Shown: piece after piece, positions 28,318 through 41,407 of the stretch
Numbering within the stretch: position 1 is the first letter of the stretch
Layout of the letters: every line of letters begins with the position of its first letter
Assembly: GCA_001687465.1 (NCBI GenBank)
Contig: LVLI01000643.1
Span: 1-64,000 of the forward strand
Length of the DNA: 64,000 nt
Origin: Halocafeteria seosinensis
Lineage: Eukaryota
Direction of reading: 5' to 3'
Translations under genes and position numbers: made by a program
Notes under the pieces: generated by a model
Told to the model about the DNA's origin: nothing
The model's database searches: none
Seen by the model: only the letters and a program-made list of their open reading frames with translations

Positions 28318-31300
28318 TTACTTGGGAACTAGTGCTATGAGATAAACCCAACAAGAAAATATATAGTTTGGATAAGGATGGACTTTGACTCCCAACACGA
28401 ATTCGGCTCTATCGTTCTCCGTTCTATGGATGCCCTGCATTAAGGAATTGACAAGTTGGCGTAGCAAGATATTAGCTTCCTGTAGTATTTGTAATACTTA
28501 CAGTTGCACGGACTGCTGCAGATATGTCAGCAACGTCCCGGAACGAGCGATTGATTGGGAAGCCAAATGCCTGATAGCGGGAAAAACTCCTTGAAAGGTC
28601 GTTAATGTGTTTTTCAGTGAACTGCTTCGCAAAACTTGCACTGGTTCCTCCGTCCCCAATGCCATACGCTGTGCCGAATTGTTGCGCTTCTTGCTCTAAC
28701 TCCCCCAAAACTTTAACAACAGTGGGTTCCAAGTCCTTCCTGAAAAAAGTCCTGTTAGTGCCATGCCGTTGACGTCTCCATTCGATGAAATCGGTCTTGA
28801 CATGTTCTGTTATGTCATCTTCGAGCTGCGTTCCAGACTGGAGTGAAGAGAAAAATTGAAATGTAGGATACAGCGGACATTCTTACCTTGTCGATGAATT
28901 CTTGAGGAGGTTGGATATATTTTATAGGGGACTGAATCGTGGAGATCTCTGATGAAGGATTTTCCGAATTTTCCCACAACGGAGCCCACTCCGAATCATT
29001 AGTGACGTCAAAGTTACAGTACCAGGGTTCCGATTTCGGCTGAATATTTGCGTAGCAATTCTCCGGAGTCGCAAACATGTCTATGCTAACGAATGGGGAT
29101 GATATATCTTTGCCATCGTAAGCGATTCCACTCAGAGGATCAATCAGCAGCATTTCGTTAGCTGATAAGTTGACTCGGGCAACGTAAGTGGCCTCTCCAT
29201 GAAGCACAGTTTTTCCGAGCGCTAAGTATGTCTTCCAGTTTTCATTGCGCCCGGTATCCAGTCCTAGAATGTAGTTGTGTAGGAGAATAGCGTGTTCTTC
29301 CCAATCGGCCGCTCCCATTTCAAGAGTCTGGGCACTAGTTGCCCAAACATCGGCGTTCCGCCCGAAAAGGTCGAAATCACCCAGAAACGGGATCATTGAC
29401 ACAAAGCGAACACATTGTTCCTTTGTAGTGAACGGTTCGCCTCGAGCAACAGTACCCTTGAGGTCGTCAACAATGTCTTCTTCCGATACGCGACTGTAGT
29501 CAACATGAGGGGGAGGACGCTGTTTCGTCAGGTACTGAGTGATTAGGAACGGTTTCTTTTCGATCGTTTCGACGACAGCTTTGACATTCTCCCCATTGCG
29601 ACTATGACGTTTAGACCACTCATAAGCATAGCGCAGTTTTTCGTTGAATGAACGTTCAGAGATTACTCCTATACCCGATTTGCTGCCATGAGTAGTAGTG
29701 TCAGTTTCGGTACTTTCCGTTTGAGGTTTCTGCGTCTGTCTACGGCACCCCAGAGCATTGGATATCGAAGAAAGAAACGTACTAAGTATCGATTGCTCAG
29801 ACATTGGACGGGGGATAGCCCCATGCTTACTGACTATCCCATCGTAAAGTCCCTTGCGCATGTTGAGGCGTTTCCACCTATTCATACCCAAAGTATTGGC
29901 TATTTCATCTTCCACTGGAGGTGGAGATGGCAAGGAAGGCTCGATATTAGCTGCAAAAAACACATGAGCCGCGAACGTATTGCTATCTGCGTTAGACTGC
30001 AGAGATTTTTTATTGGGTCTTTGTTTGCTGACGTTCCCCCTGGTTCTCTTGATTCTATCCGCCATGTCAGTTTCTGCGAACGGGGCGTATCCGAAAACAA
30101 CGGGGGGCGTTCTGAGACGCACTTCTCCCTGTAGCCTTCTCTGAGAAAACAGCGAGCTGAAGGGAATTGTAACAGACCCTAGAAATCTAGCTTCTCGTCG
30201 CGTGGCCGTAGTTGTGCGATAATTCCTTTCACGATATTTTCCTTCCACTAACTCCTCGTCAAACAGAGATATGGTTATATCATCCCTGATAGTTGCAAGT
30301 GCAGACGGACTCAAATTATCCCCGGGAGGCCGGAATGGTATTTCGAGAACCTGATTCCAAATCGGCGAGTCCCCCGAAACAGCCCGAGTTCTAGAAGAGC
30401 GACCACGGAAAGACGCTTCGACGAAGCATAAGAGGTCATTTACTGAGCTGAGATCCTCATACTCATCTTCTTCGATCGCAGGAGCAGTACCAGTAGCTTC
30501 CGGTACGCGGGGAGGTCGACTACTCTTAGCAGCTCGTTGTTCAGTTGCCCGTACTGGGAGATTCCTAGCCCGAGCTATTTGCAACCGAATTGTAAAGGTT
30601 TGCATTTCTGCCATACTACTTGCACCAGCACCATCTCTTCGCACATTCTTACCCTTCTTTGCACCTGGGTTTAGAGGACGGACAGGTTGAAAGACATTTG
30701 CTAGGGCAGTGAAGTCAAGCTTGCGGACAGTAGGGAGGTCCACATCCTTCACTACATGTGAGAGCTCCTTGTGGGAGTGATATTTCTTGTAGCCTGCCCG
30801 AGATTGACGTACCCGGGCCAAATATTCCTTCGCTTTCGTTCTCGCTCGACGCTTCAACCGCGTTGTAACGTTTTGAAAGCCTGCACCACGCGTAAACTCC
30901 AATCTCATCTCTTGCTCTGCATCTTCGTCTTCTTCTTCCTGCTCCTTTCCAAACTGCCCTTGGTCATCAAGAGCTAGAATTCTCTGAAGCGATGTACTGT
31001 TTCTTATATCTGATATATTCACGGGTATCGGAAGATGCCATTCCTTATTAAACGCCTGGGGATACTGAGCACGAAGACTCAGCAGCCGTTGCCGTTTCCC
31101 ACCCCCTGCCAAAGAACTTGGGCTGGACATAGTGCTCAAGACTTGTAATGCCAGCTGAGAGAATCTATCCTTCTTGCCTTGTAGCTCCTGAATCCCAGCG
31201 GTTGTCTCAAATTTTTCTTTCATGGCACGCTTCGACGTTCCCACAATATCTGTGATGCCCACTCCAGCTTCTGCTGCCATTCTTGGTGTAACAAACGCAC

Positions 31301-34300
31301 TATGGTATTCCATGACCGATTCCCGGAAGGATGATCCCCGGTCTCCCTGAACCGTCGCCACCGCTTGGGACTTATCAGCTTGCAAGGTTCCCGTCTCTAC
31401 TAGCCCCAAGTTGTGAGGGTCGTTCGGATCGACGATCATCCCCTTTGACTCGGACATTGCTATATCTTTCAGGGCATTTTCCGGCTTTACAGCAAAGGCA
31501 CCAGCGGCAGAAGCAGATAACTTAGCAGCGTTCTTACGGTTCCGTTCCCTGGCATCAGGTATACCAGTAACAGTGTGTAAATTCTTATTAGATATCAGTA
31601 TGCGCACTGGCACATCAGGAATTAGTCCATTTATCCATCGTATTTCGCCTTTTAGGCTTCCCATCATTCGACGCTGCGCATATTGACGAGACGACGACTC
31701 ATCTCTGGGAGACCAAGCACGACGTTGCGGAGGCATCGGTGTGCGCGCAGAAAATTGGAAAGGCCCTCTTATCGGGCCAATTGATGTCGCGGGCATATTG
31801 GCCTGATGCTGCGAGCCAGGGATCGGCAACAAGAGAGTGGAAACATGCTCACTTAAAGAATGTACACCCGTTATTGTAGACCGGTATAATCGCATTTCCA
31901 CAGAAGATGGGCGGTGATAAGGACGAATAGTAATGCTCTCGTTGAAATCTACTTTGAATGATGGCCATTGCAACTGTCGAGAGGACAGGTAGCCTCTATC
32001 TCCTTCGAGTTCCCTTCCGTTAACAAGGACTCGAGCGTAATATTTCGTCTCCGTAACATGTCGACGGCGCCGGCGCTCCTGTGGTGGGACAAGGGTATCA
32101 TCCGTAATTTGTCTAGAGTCGTGAACTAAGTTAAATACGTAATCTCGCCCATCACCCATCACTCCTCCAGGACTATTATTATTGTCGTACAACAAGTCTC
32201 CCGCTCTCAACCTCCAAAGGGTTCTGAGAATTTTATACCCATTAGATATGGTCGAAGCAATTCTTGAGCGATCTTTTCGAGCTATCGCTTCCTCCATGCT
32301 GAAGATATTATGCAGTAGTTGACTTTCAGAGACTGCACCATTACCCTCCTTTGCATCCATGCTGCTTGAATTCTGTTTTTTCAGCGTCGCAAGTAACCCC
32401 TCCACCGCACAAAGTACATCTCGCCGTACGAGGCCCCCGAAACCAATGACTCCTCCGTCAGGAGACTCGCGGGATTCCATCCAAGAATCTAGCGAACTGA
32501 CTGCTTCAAACCAAGCATCGACTTCATCCGCACGCGGCTCTAGTTTTGCCGGTTGAGAATGGGAGAAAAACTGAGGAGATACTTTGGCTCGTTCGTTCAT
32601 CGTGCCTTTGGCGTCAACAGGCAGGACTTGTTGGGTTTCAAGCCGAACTGGTGTGCTTACGTGTTGTTGCTGCGCACGCAATGATTCAAGCTCCTTCCAT
32701 TTGAACCACATTTTGGTTAGGATATGACCAACATAGGTCCACTCATCCTGCCTGGACTGAAGCAAAGAAACCACTTCCTCAGCAGCCCGGAAAACGTCAC
32801 TGGTGGAAAACTCTGAAAACGCTTTCTCCCAGGCCGCTATTTCAGCGGTGCTAGCGGCCTCATCATCCCCGCTTCGGTAACAATTTAATGAACACTGGAC
32901 GCCTTCCACCGAGTCAAGAGGAAGAATATTACGGAGCCGTTTGTCGATGCTGTCAAACAGGCTACTATTAGTTATATCAGCGTACTCGTCATACAACAGT
33001 TGAATAGCTGAGTAAAGATAGTCTTCGTGAGAAAATAGGTAATGATCATCGAAGCGAAGGGAGCCAAGGTTAATTTCCAGGTGAGCCGAGGACGATTGAT
33101 CCTTGCTTTCACCACGGACGCTTTCAGAGTCCTCCAACGCTTTTACGGTGACATCGGGGGCATTCCCCAATATAGACTTCCGAAGGTATATACTCTTCTT
33201 CTTCCGGTAGGGGGATCGTGCAATGCTGAGTTGGAATACGCCCGTTTCCTTTATGCGTTCACATTGCACGTACAATGATACATTAGGATATCGCGCCAAG
33301 GCGTGAAACATCCAGTCAGAAGCGTTCTCCAACCGCCTGCGGGTGTATTTCCGTTCTAACGAACGACCAAGCCTGTAAGCAACTTTCCAGTCATTCTGAG
33401 TCCCTTGAAAGGCTGGATAATTCTTCGAGACACCAGCACCTGCTGCGTTGTGCATTTTTTCGAGAGCTTCTTTAAGTTCATCTATTTCTTTAGATCGATT
33501 CCAGTCTCCGATCTTCTTCAACAATTCATTGGCCTTTTGCAGATCCGCCGATACGTCAATGTCACTTCCTGACATTATGTTATAGACAACTTTGGCTGTT
33601 AAAACAATTCGCAGGTTTTCATCTTCAAGATTCTGAAGTTCTCCAAGAGTGAATGACTCGCTTGTATTTTCCTTATAGGACCGTTGCGGGTCAGCAGGGA
33701 TATCGCCATATCTTCCGGACAGCCCATCTCCCAGGACTTCGTCAACACGCTTGTATGCAGTCTCAGACGACTGCTGCGTTTTGATTCCGACATCCGTTAC
33801 GTAGGACGGAATGTAGTTCTCATGCGGGTGAAGTGGAGTATTTTCCAGTTCTTGCACCGATATATTATCCTGCGTTATCGCGAGGACTTCTCTATTCAAG
33901 TTGGCCAGACGAGTGTTATACATCTTCAGCTCTTGCTCTGGGTTGTAGGGTAACGGTATCCGATGAGCATTGAGATACTGAGCATCATAATCAATTACGA
34001 TGCCTCCCTTTCCTGCTTCCCACCATGGTTGAATTGGCTTCCCCGATTCCACGTAAGTAGGTTTCAGATATTCGTGGTAAATTAGTTCGTTCTCAATTTC
34101 TGTTATATCATTCGTCAGATCGTTCATTCCTCCTCTTTCCATGGTCCGTGACATATCCAGACGACGCGCTGTCCCCATAGTGGCCCTACTCCTACTCGAA
34201 AGTAAGCGCTTGGGTGAAGCCATGTTCTTCTCGCTCCTTCTTGAGGTAGGACTGCGCCTACGAGTGCTACGTTGAGAACCTGTGCGACATCCGGATAAAG

Positions 34301-34690
34301 AGCTCCTTACGGAGAAATTCCTCGATAATCCTCAAGCATTGACTTACCATCCTCTTCTACATCTACTTTCGGTTTTTCAGTGTCACCGTCATGACTAGCC
34401 TCTTCCTCCTTTTTCTCCTCAGGCTCCTCGGAGCGTCGGGTTGCTCGTCCTCTTCGACCTCGTCGTCGTCTACCGGTGGCCTCTTGGGTATCATCATCTG
34501 CTGTCTGTGGCTTGTGCTCTCTTTCTCCACCACCCTCTGGCTCCTTTGATGGTGTTGCTTCGCCTGTCTCCACCTCCTGTTCAGCTTCAATTTCTTCCGA
34601 TTTCTCCCGGCGTGGTCGAGCCCGGCTTCCTCGAGGCCGGCGTCTCTCCCCTCTACTGGGTCCTTCATCCCCTTCAGCCTTCGTCTCCAT
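28318..34690 (-). CDS. CC2D2A: CC2D2A/MKS6 ciliary transition-zone protein, multi-exon
   Basis: 1802 aa main exon with C2 domain (LQIARARNLPVR...PIWNQ...SLFDE), RFVSMIPFL, DWEEHAILLHNY, and C-terminal VHPYPNYIFSCWVYL. Confidence 0.92.
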
Positions 34691-35990
34691 TGCTCAATTC
34701 AAGCTACTTTATAGTTTAAGTCTCTTTGAAGCAATGTTGCCATAGAAAAAAGCAGTGTATATACCAATTAGACCCCAATTACACCCTTGTCTGGCACTCT
34801 GCCGTTAAACACAGCAAGCTAGCACATGCACCAACCGTGATTTCAATAAAACTACTATTCTCTAGAGTGTATATCACTATTTCCTATGAGCAAAACAACT
34901 CGAAGACTACCTTCAGTGAATTGGAAATCAGGAGGCATCAAAAATCAGTCATCAAACAATTTGAAATTTGAAGAGTTTGGCAGCTTCACAAAGGTGCCGG
35001 CTGCAACTTGCTGCAGCCTGCAGTTACACTTGCAGTAAAGTGTCGCTGCGACGCTCGTATAACTTATGCGGCATAAGGCGTACCACAAGTTGGCCCACTG
35101 CTTGCCAACCGTACCAATGCTTGCCGTGTTTATTGCTTTCGTGAGCTGCAAAACAGAAAGATGTACCGCTATCGTTCACAAGCTACATATACACATATAT
35201 GTAACGGTACGGGTACATGTCAATGCTCCTCCAGTCTCAATTGCCAATACAATGCATCGCACCCCAGGAAACCCACCGATACCACATACTCGAGTATGAA
35301 CGCTCTATGCCAGCTTTCCCATAACTCTAATGCTTACACCATTTCTTCGGCTGACTTAATGCCACACTCCAGTGAAACTCCACCGAATTCCGGGTTCTAG
35401 TACCACACCATACCAGAGGATTTCAGCCTGAAATTTTCAGGTCAAATGTGGTTCCGTTTCACGAGTCTTATAATTAGCAATTTTACGTCTAAAGATTGTT
35501 CGGACTGCCGGAAGACTTTCTTGGCGAACATATTGATAAACGGAAAACATGCTGGATCAACCTTTCTTTGAACCTTGCGACCACACCCACCCGGGATTGA
35601 GAAGCAAGCGATGGGGCATTAGGTATACTATCATCACTTGCATTCTCTTCATGTAGCGAGTACAATGCATGTCAACAACGAATATTAACCCCTTGAACTC
35701 CGTTTGCTGATCGCTAGCTGGCACTGTGCCGGACCCTGAACTCCGGGCCTGAGTCCTCAGTTACGATCGTTGCGAGCCCACCAGGAACTGTCTCTGTTGC
35801 CCCCGGCGAATCTGGAAGTTATTCATCCTGCTCCACTCATTCACATCCCGCACAATTGTTGATACGGACACTCACAAAGTCCAGAACTCGTCCTCTGTAG
35901 TTTCTTTTGAAACAAGTGGGCTATTACGGCTCTGTGTCTCCTTGCTACGTTGTATACTCACCCTTGGCGGAGAGACGCTGGCGATCCGAG

Positions 35991-36002
35991 GAGAGAGAGA
36001 GA
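35991..36002. repeat. (GA)6 microsatellite
   Basis: Direct reading. Confidence 0.8.
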
Positions 36003-36324
36003 GGAGAATACCACTGTTATTGGGCCAATTCTTAGTCCTCTGCCTCTATGCTATAGACGAATAGGTAGCCAGCTGCTTATACAGTAAGTGAATGCAGTAA
36101 TCATGCTTTATTGAGCCCCTTCAAACGCATCTTGGAGACCGAAACAAGTGACGAACGTGCCCTTTTGTCTCTTTTTTTGCCCGAAGCAGTGACTTAAAGT
36201 TCGTTAATACAGTGAAGGGAGACTGAATTGACGAGCGTATACTTCCGTCCGTTGGTCGTGGTTGGTCAAGTGTCATTGAATACGATGTTGAAATAGGAAG
36301 ACCGCAAACCTTATCCCAGCAACG

Positions 36325-39300
36325 ATGTCGAAGATGGACCTGGAGAAATTCACACTCGATGTGATTGGCCTTGGGGAAGAGAAAGAGGCTGTCCAGGCGA
36401 AGAAATTATGCAGGGTACGTACTGTGGGATACACATAGAGTCTTCCTCCCACGGCTTCATGAAATTGCTGTGGTGTTCCAAATGCAGACTAACGAAGAGA
36501 TCCAGCAGTACTCGACACCGGACAGCGAGAGAGAACCAGAGCGCTGGAAATACATTCTAGCACACGGCACGTTGGATCAATGCTTGATGTTGCTTCGGAC
36601 ATTTCCAGAAGTTTGTGATACGTTTACAAAGGAAGAACTGGAGGAAGTATGCAATGCTGTTATACAAAACGCACTGGTAAGCATAGGACACCCCAATTCG
36701 TGTATTGGTACAACATATGCTTTCTGTCCTACGCTTGAGTCCAGTCGAAACTAATGCGTCTTGCTGATGAACCTGATGATAAGGTCCTACCATTGGACGT
36801 CATTACAATGGTAGCCGAGAAAGGAATCTCGCCGGATCCAAAGCTTCTTACGAGTAGCGTGATTCCTTCCATTGTAAGCACCCTGAAGAAGCAGGAACTC
36901 CCGGAGACCGTCATTGAGAGTTCCGCCCGTGCTTTAACACAAATATTAGGTTTGGTTTCAATAGACGATCAGTATTTGGAGCGAGAGGTATGAATTGGTT
37001 GTGAGAGCATTCAGCGTGCAGTACGTATGAAAACTGTGGTGACTGCAGATATTGACTGTAACAAAATCTTTCACTGAATTGGATAACATAGTCATTGTAC
37101 GAGAACAAGCAGTAAAAGTTTTGGCGGGCCTGTTTGCTCGCTTTCAGCACTCCTCTAGCTCGTTGTCCAAGGAGATAGTGGCACTGCTTCCGCCGATGGC
37201 CCAAGACACAGAAGCTTCGGTGCGCCAACGCGTTGCCGAGCAGATCGACTATCTTCTTCCACGGATTGAATCTAGCGATGACAGAAACACTTTACTAAAT
37301 GAACTTGAGCAGCTGGTCATGGATGAGGATGTCGCTGTTAAGGCAACTGCGTTGGAGGCATCCTTAAAAAACTGGAACAACCTGACAGGCCACGGGGCAT
37401 CTTCGCTGGTAAAAAACGAAATTGCTACGATAGCTAAAAAATGTGAAATTCAACGAAATGGTATCTTAGGAAGTAGAGATGCAGGGCAAGGATACTCAGG
37501 GGAATGCATTAATAGCGAATTTTCTGCTGCGAATCCTGGACGACAACATCGTTCATCTACCAGCTCCCTTGCAGGCGAGTTCGCGACTGCTGTTTCAGTA
37601 GGCATTGATGGAAATCTCCGGGTGGGTAATGAGAGGGAAGAGCTGATGACCATCTCATTAGCCAAAATGGCTGCCCGTGCATTCCTAATTTTTTCCTTAG
37701 AGACGGTTGACAACGAAGTCGTCGAGGCACTCAGCCGGTTCTTATGCTCGCTGACGTATCACCCTGCTACCTCCGTCCGACTACTTGCAGCCAAGGAAGC
37801 AATTATCTGTCATTTTGGTCTTGGCAGCAATGAAACAACTCATGGGAAAAAGTTAAGACCGTGTTTGTCTCGTTTATCCGCAGACCCTGATGCTGATATC
37901 AGGGAAAAACTCTGTTTGACTGTACCTGTTATTATGGAGTTACGCCAAGAGCCTGATGCCGAGAGTTTTTTTGGAGGAACGATGCAAAAGTTTATGTTGG
38001 ATGATAGCATCGAAGTCCAACGCCACGCCTTGCTAAGTTGTCCTCAATGGGTGCCAAGGCTCGGAATCAGCAATGAAGTTGAAGAGACTCAACGAATTCG
38101 GAGAAAGACCTTAGAAATGCTGTGGGACAAATGCACGTGCGATGATATGAAACACGATCAGCGAGTGCAGGCTTCTCTGGCGGTAGTTTCCCGGGAAATC
38201 CCGTTCCTTTGTGATCATTCCCACGCAACTTCCTTTAGTTTAGCGGTCAACCTCTTGCTAATCGCTAAAGGCGGTGTAACTATACAGAAAATCGCCTGTC
38301 ACTCACTGGTATGGATGAGCAGATGGGCATCCCGCTCTTCTGTAAGGCAGGAACTCAATTTGCTACTTACTGAATCCTTTCCATCGTCAAAGGAACATGC
38401 TACTCGGCGGTTAGCTGTGGACGCTTTGGTCGCTGCTTGCTGGATATTCTCTCCCGGATACGTGGTGCGAAATTATTTCACCATTTTAACAGAAGCATTA
38501 CAAGACCATTCAGTGCATGTTCGTCTCTATGCCCTGGTAGCAGTACCGGGGATATTGTATCACCTCAACCTAGGCGTCGAAGAAACGCTCATGAAGTGTT
38601 TTTTTGCAATCTATCAGTGCTACTGCAAGCCTTCGTGTGACCGAGAGAAAGAACTAGCTTCTTCGTTGATTTGCTTGTTGCTTGACATACCTGATGTTCT
38701 GGAAGCTGCGCAACAAATGTGGCATTCCAAAGACCAAGCTGTGCTTTCTTGTTGTAGCTCTTTCTTTAGTGGGAGCAGAGTTCCAACCGATGCTCCGGAG
38801 GAGAAAAGCATGACATCAGCAAGGTCAATCTCTAGTGAAGATGCACCAAAGGAGGCAGCAGAAGAAGAAAATGACGTTACTGGGTTTACATCCCCCAGGG
38901 AGCCGTACCAGCAGGATACAGAGAGTAAAAAGTTACAGGGACTAAGAGGTGGGGAGACCTCCCACTCTTTTCGACTGCGGAAGGGCAGATCAACTCTGCG
39001 CCGTAAGGGTATTTCAATCCGTCCCGGCAGCACTCCTGGAAAGGAGCGCAGAGATTCAAGATCTCTTAAGGAAGACACGAATACATACAACACTTATGAA
39101 AGCGGCAGTTCGAAAGATCTTACAGAGTCAGAATTGGACCCATTGGAACTACCAAAGATCATACCAGGGGCGAAGGTGTCTGTCAATAGGCGAATCACAT
39201 GGAAAATCAAGGAAGGTGTTTTGCACTACACATGGAATGAATGCTGTCTTCCTTCTGAGAAATTCAGTTATTACCGTAGAGCAAACTGCAGTTGCAGTAA

Positions 39301-40390
39301 GCGTCGATCACCTTCGCATTGGGAGAACTATAACTCTCTCCTAGAGGAATCGGCATATTCTCTGCGCAGTTCAGTGTTATTTGTCGAACAGCTGTTGGAC
39401 TCCTGTCAAGTCTCAGATGCTTGCTTATGTAATCCATTTGCACTACCCTCGTATGCGTTCACGGAGGATACTATAGAAGGATGGAAGAAGGCTCCTCAAC
39501 GAGTAGTTTCACCATCCGCTGTTAAGTGGGAGTCGTTAGATCCTATATTTCAGACACTTCGCGGCTACATGTCTGAAAACGGAGAAGTAGAAAGTGGTGA
39601 TGAAAATCCATTTCTTGAGTTTTCTGATAGGTTGTCTGCATCTCATATTTCTAGCGATATGCTCCTCAGAACTGCGGATATGTTGAAGGGTGAAGATCGC
39701 AAACGCTCCCAAGGATTATGTGGTGGGCTTATCCTCAGTTTTCCCTGGGCCCCTGTAGCGGAGTATGAAGACCTGATATTGTCAACCCATGTCACTGCAA
39801 GCGGTAATCCTCGCTCGTTATACCTGATGAAAGACATTGCCAATGCTTGTCCCAAGTGCAAGAAAGATAAGGGTGAGCTAGAAAGCGATGAGAAACTCAT
39901 TGAACGAGGGGCTGCCGCAGAAAGCGCAGCCGAACGCTCCAAGTTTGTCAGCAATAGAGTGAAAGAAGCAAAAAAGCAACGCAGTCGTTCTGTATATGGT
40001 TCCAGTCAAGGACGGGCTCCCTCCACAAGTGCTACCAGTTCGTCCAACGTAGCGAAAAGAAATTCTACTGTACGGCAAAGTGAGACCAATGTAAGTTTGC
40101 CTCTTGGTGGCCGACCAAAGAGCGACGAGTTCGAATGGGTCAGGAAAAAGAGTTCGTCGCAAAATGATAAATTCCGTAGGGCAACGATTACCTCAGCCAC
40201 TGACAATCAGCCTACCAGGGAGGCTGCAATAGATGCATTGTACAGTCCGCGGTCCTGCAAGAAGTCCGGTGCCAATAGCAGAAGCCCCCGCGAGGAGGAA
40301 GCCGGGAAAGCAAAGAGTAGTTCCCTCGGGACTAAAGTGCGGAGTACAGCCGCGCGTGTGGGTTCTAGGATAGTGGGCTCAAAGAAGTGA
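36325..40390 (+). CDS. HEAT-repeat protein, PP4 regulatory subunit 4-like, multi-exon
   Basis: TNEEIQQYSTPDSEREPERWKYILAHG resembles the PPP4R4 N-terminus; HEAT repeats MAQDTEASVRQRVA, LVMDEDVAVK, LQDHSVHVRL. Confidence 0.65.
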
Positions 40391-40706
40391 ATTATGAGTG
40401 GTGAAACCATATTGATATTGGCGATCGCTCGCGGTGTCATTGGCCATACGCTATGTGACCAGTACAAGTGGTACTGCGAAGCAAAGGTGAGCCCCTGATC
40501 CACATTGCCACGAAAATTCAGAATGCTACAATATACCTGAATCCAATCCATGACAAGCATGGATGGCACTGCGAGAACTACGAGGCGTTAAACGCCACTG
40601 CTTCTACTACGGTTGCAGCATTTGGGACCTGTAGTCAAGGAAAATATATACCATGTAAACGTGAACGCTCAATTGCCACCATGCTCGGAACTAACTGAAA
40701 AAGTAT

Positions 40707-40790
40707 ATCGCTCAGGTTGTTTCGTCCTAGGAATAATCAAAAAGAATTTCAGACGGCACTTCCTAATTCAGGACACATCATCATTGCGAT
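40707..40790 (-). ncRNA. Candidate box C/D snoRNA (84 nt)
   Basis: ATCGC-a-ATGATGA (C) ... CTGA (D') ... TTGATTA (C'-like) ... CTGA (D)-GCGAT, with a 5-bp terminal stem. Confidence 0.65.
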
Positions 40791-41407
40791 TAGGACATCG
40801 GTGTCAGTGACGACAACCACCACCACCCTTTATGAACCATTCTCCCCTTCCTCCTCCTGAAAGCAAAAAGTAAAATAATATACAGACAACAGACATACCA
40901 TGCTATTGTGGGACCTATGCCAGTCCCCACATTGGTATCACCGTCCATGCAGATAGTGGCGTGACACAGCATTTCGTGCTTTGCGCTCTCTCCTCAAGTA
41001 CATGATGGATGGGGAAACCACATCTCACCTCGGCAGAGAGTACAAGACAAGAAGAGGCCCGTACAGACAATGCCGTAGCGTGGCCTTCTTTACAATCATA
41101 GTTCATTGCATAGATCTTACACACAGCAAGAAGACCTCAAACCGTGCAATCATTTATTGCACTTTGCCGTCCGATTCATTCACCTTGCTAAGGCTTGCTT
41201 GTCTGCGATGTAAGCCTAAGGCCCATGATACATATGGATTGAAAACATAGTCTCGTTAAGATATAGTGAATGGGCGGATTCAATTCATGTAGTTCGCATC
41301 AGCGAGAGAAGTGGAAGTGGGAGATTTGAAAGCGGCACACTTCCCCAATTCAAATTGGGAAGTCAACCAGGGGTTTGGTGCCTCCATGAAGTGTCCCTTG
41401 AGCCATA

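Noticed and set aside
35505..35525. Minus-strand GAAAGTCTTCCGG resembling RNase MRP CR-I
   Set aside because: No properly placed CR-V partner was found.
36105..36235. GGGGCTCA and CAATTCAG motifs resembling RNase MRP/P CR-V
   Set aside because: No matching CR-I, and the flanking conserved bases are absent.
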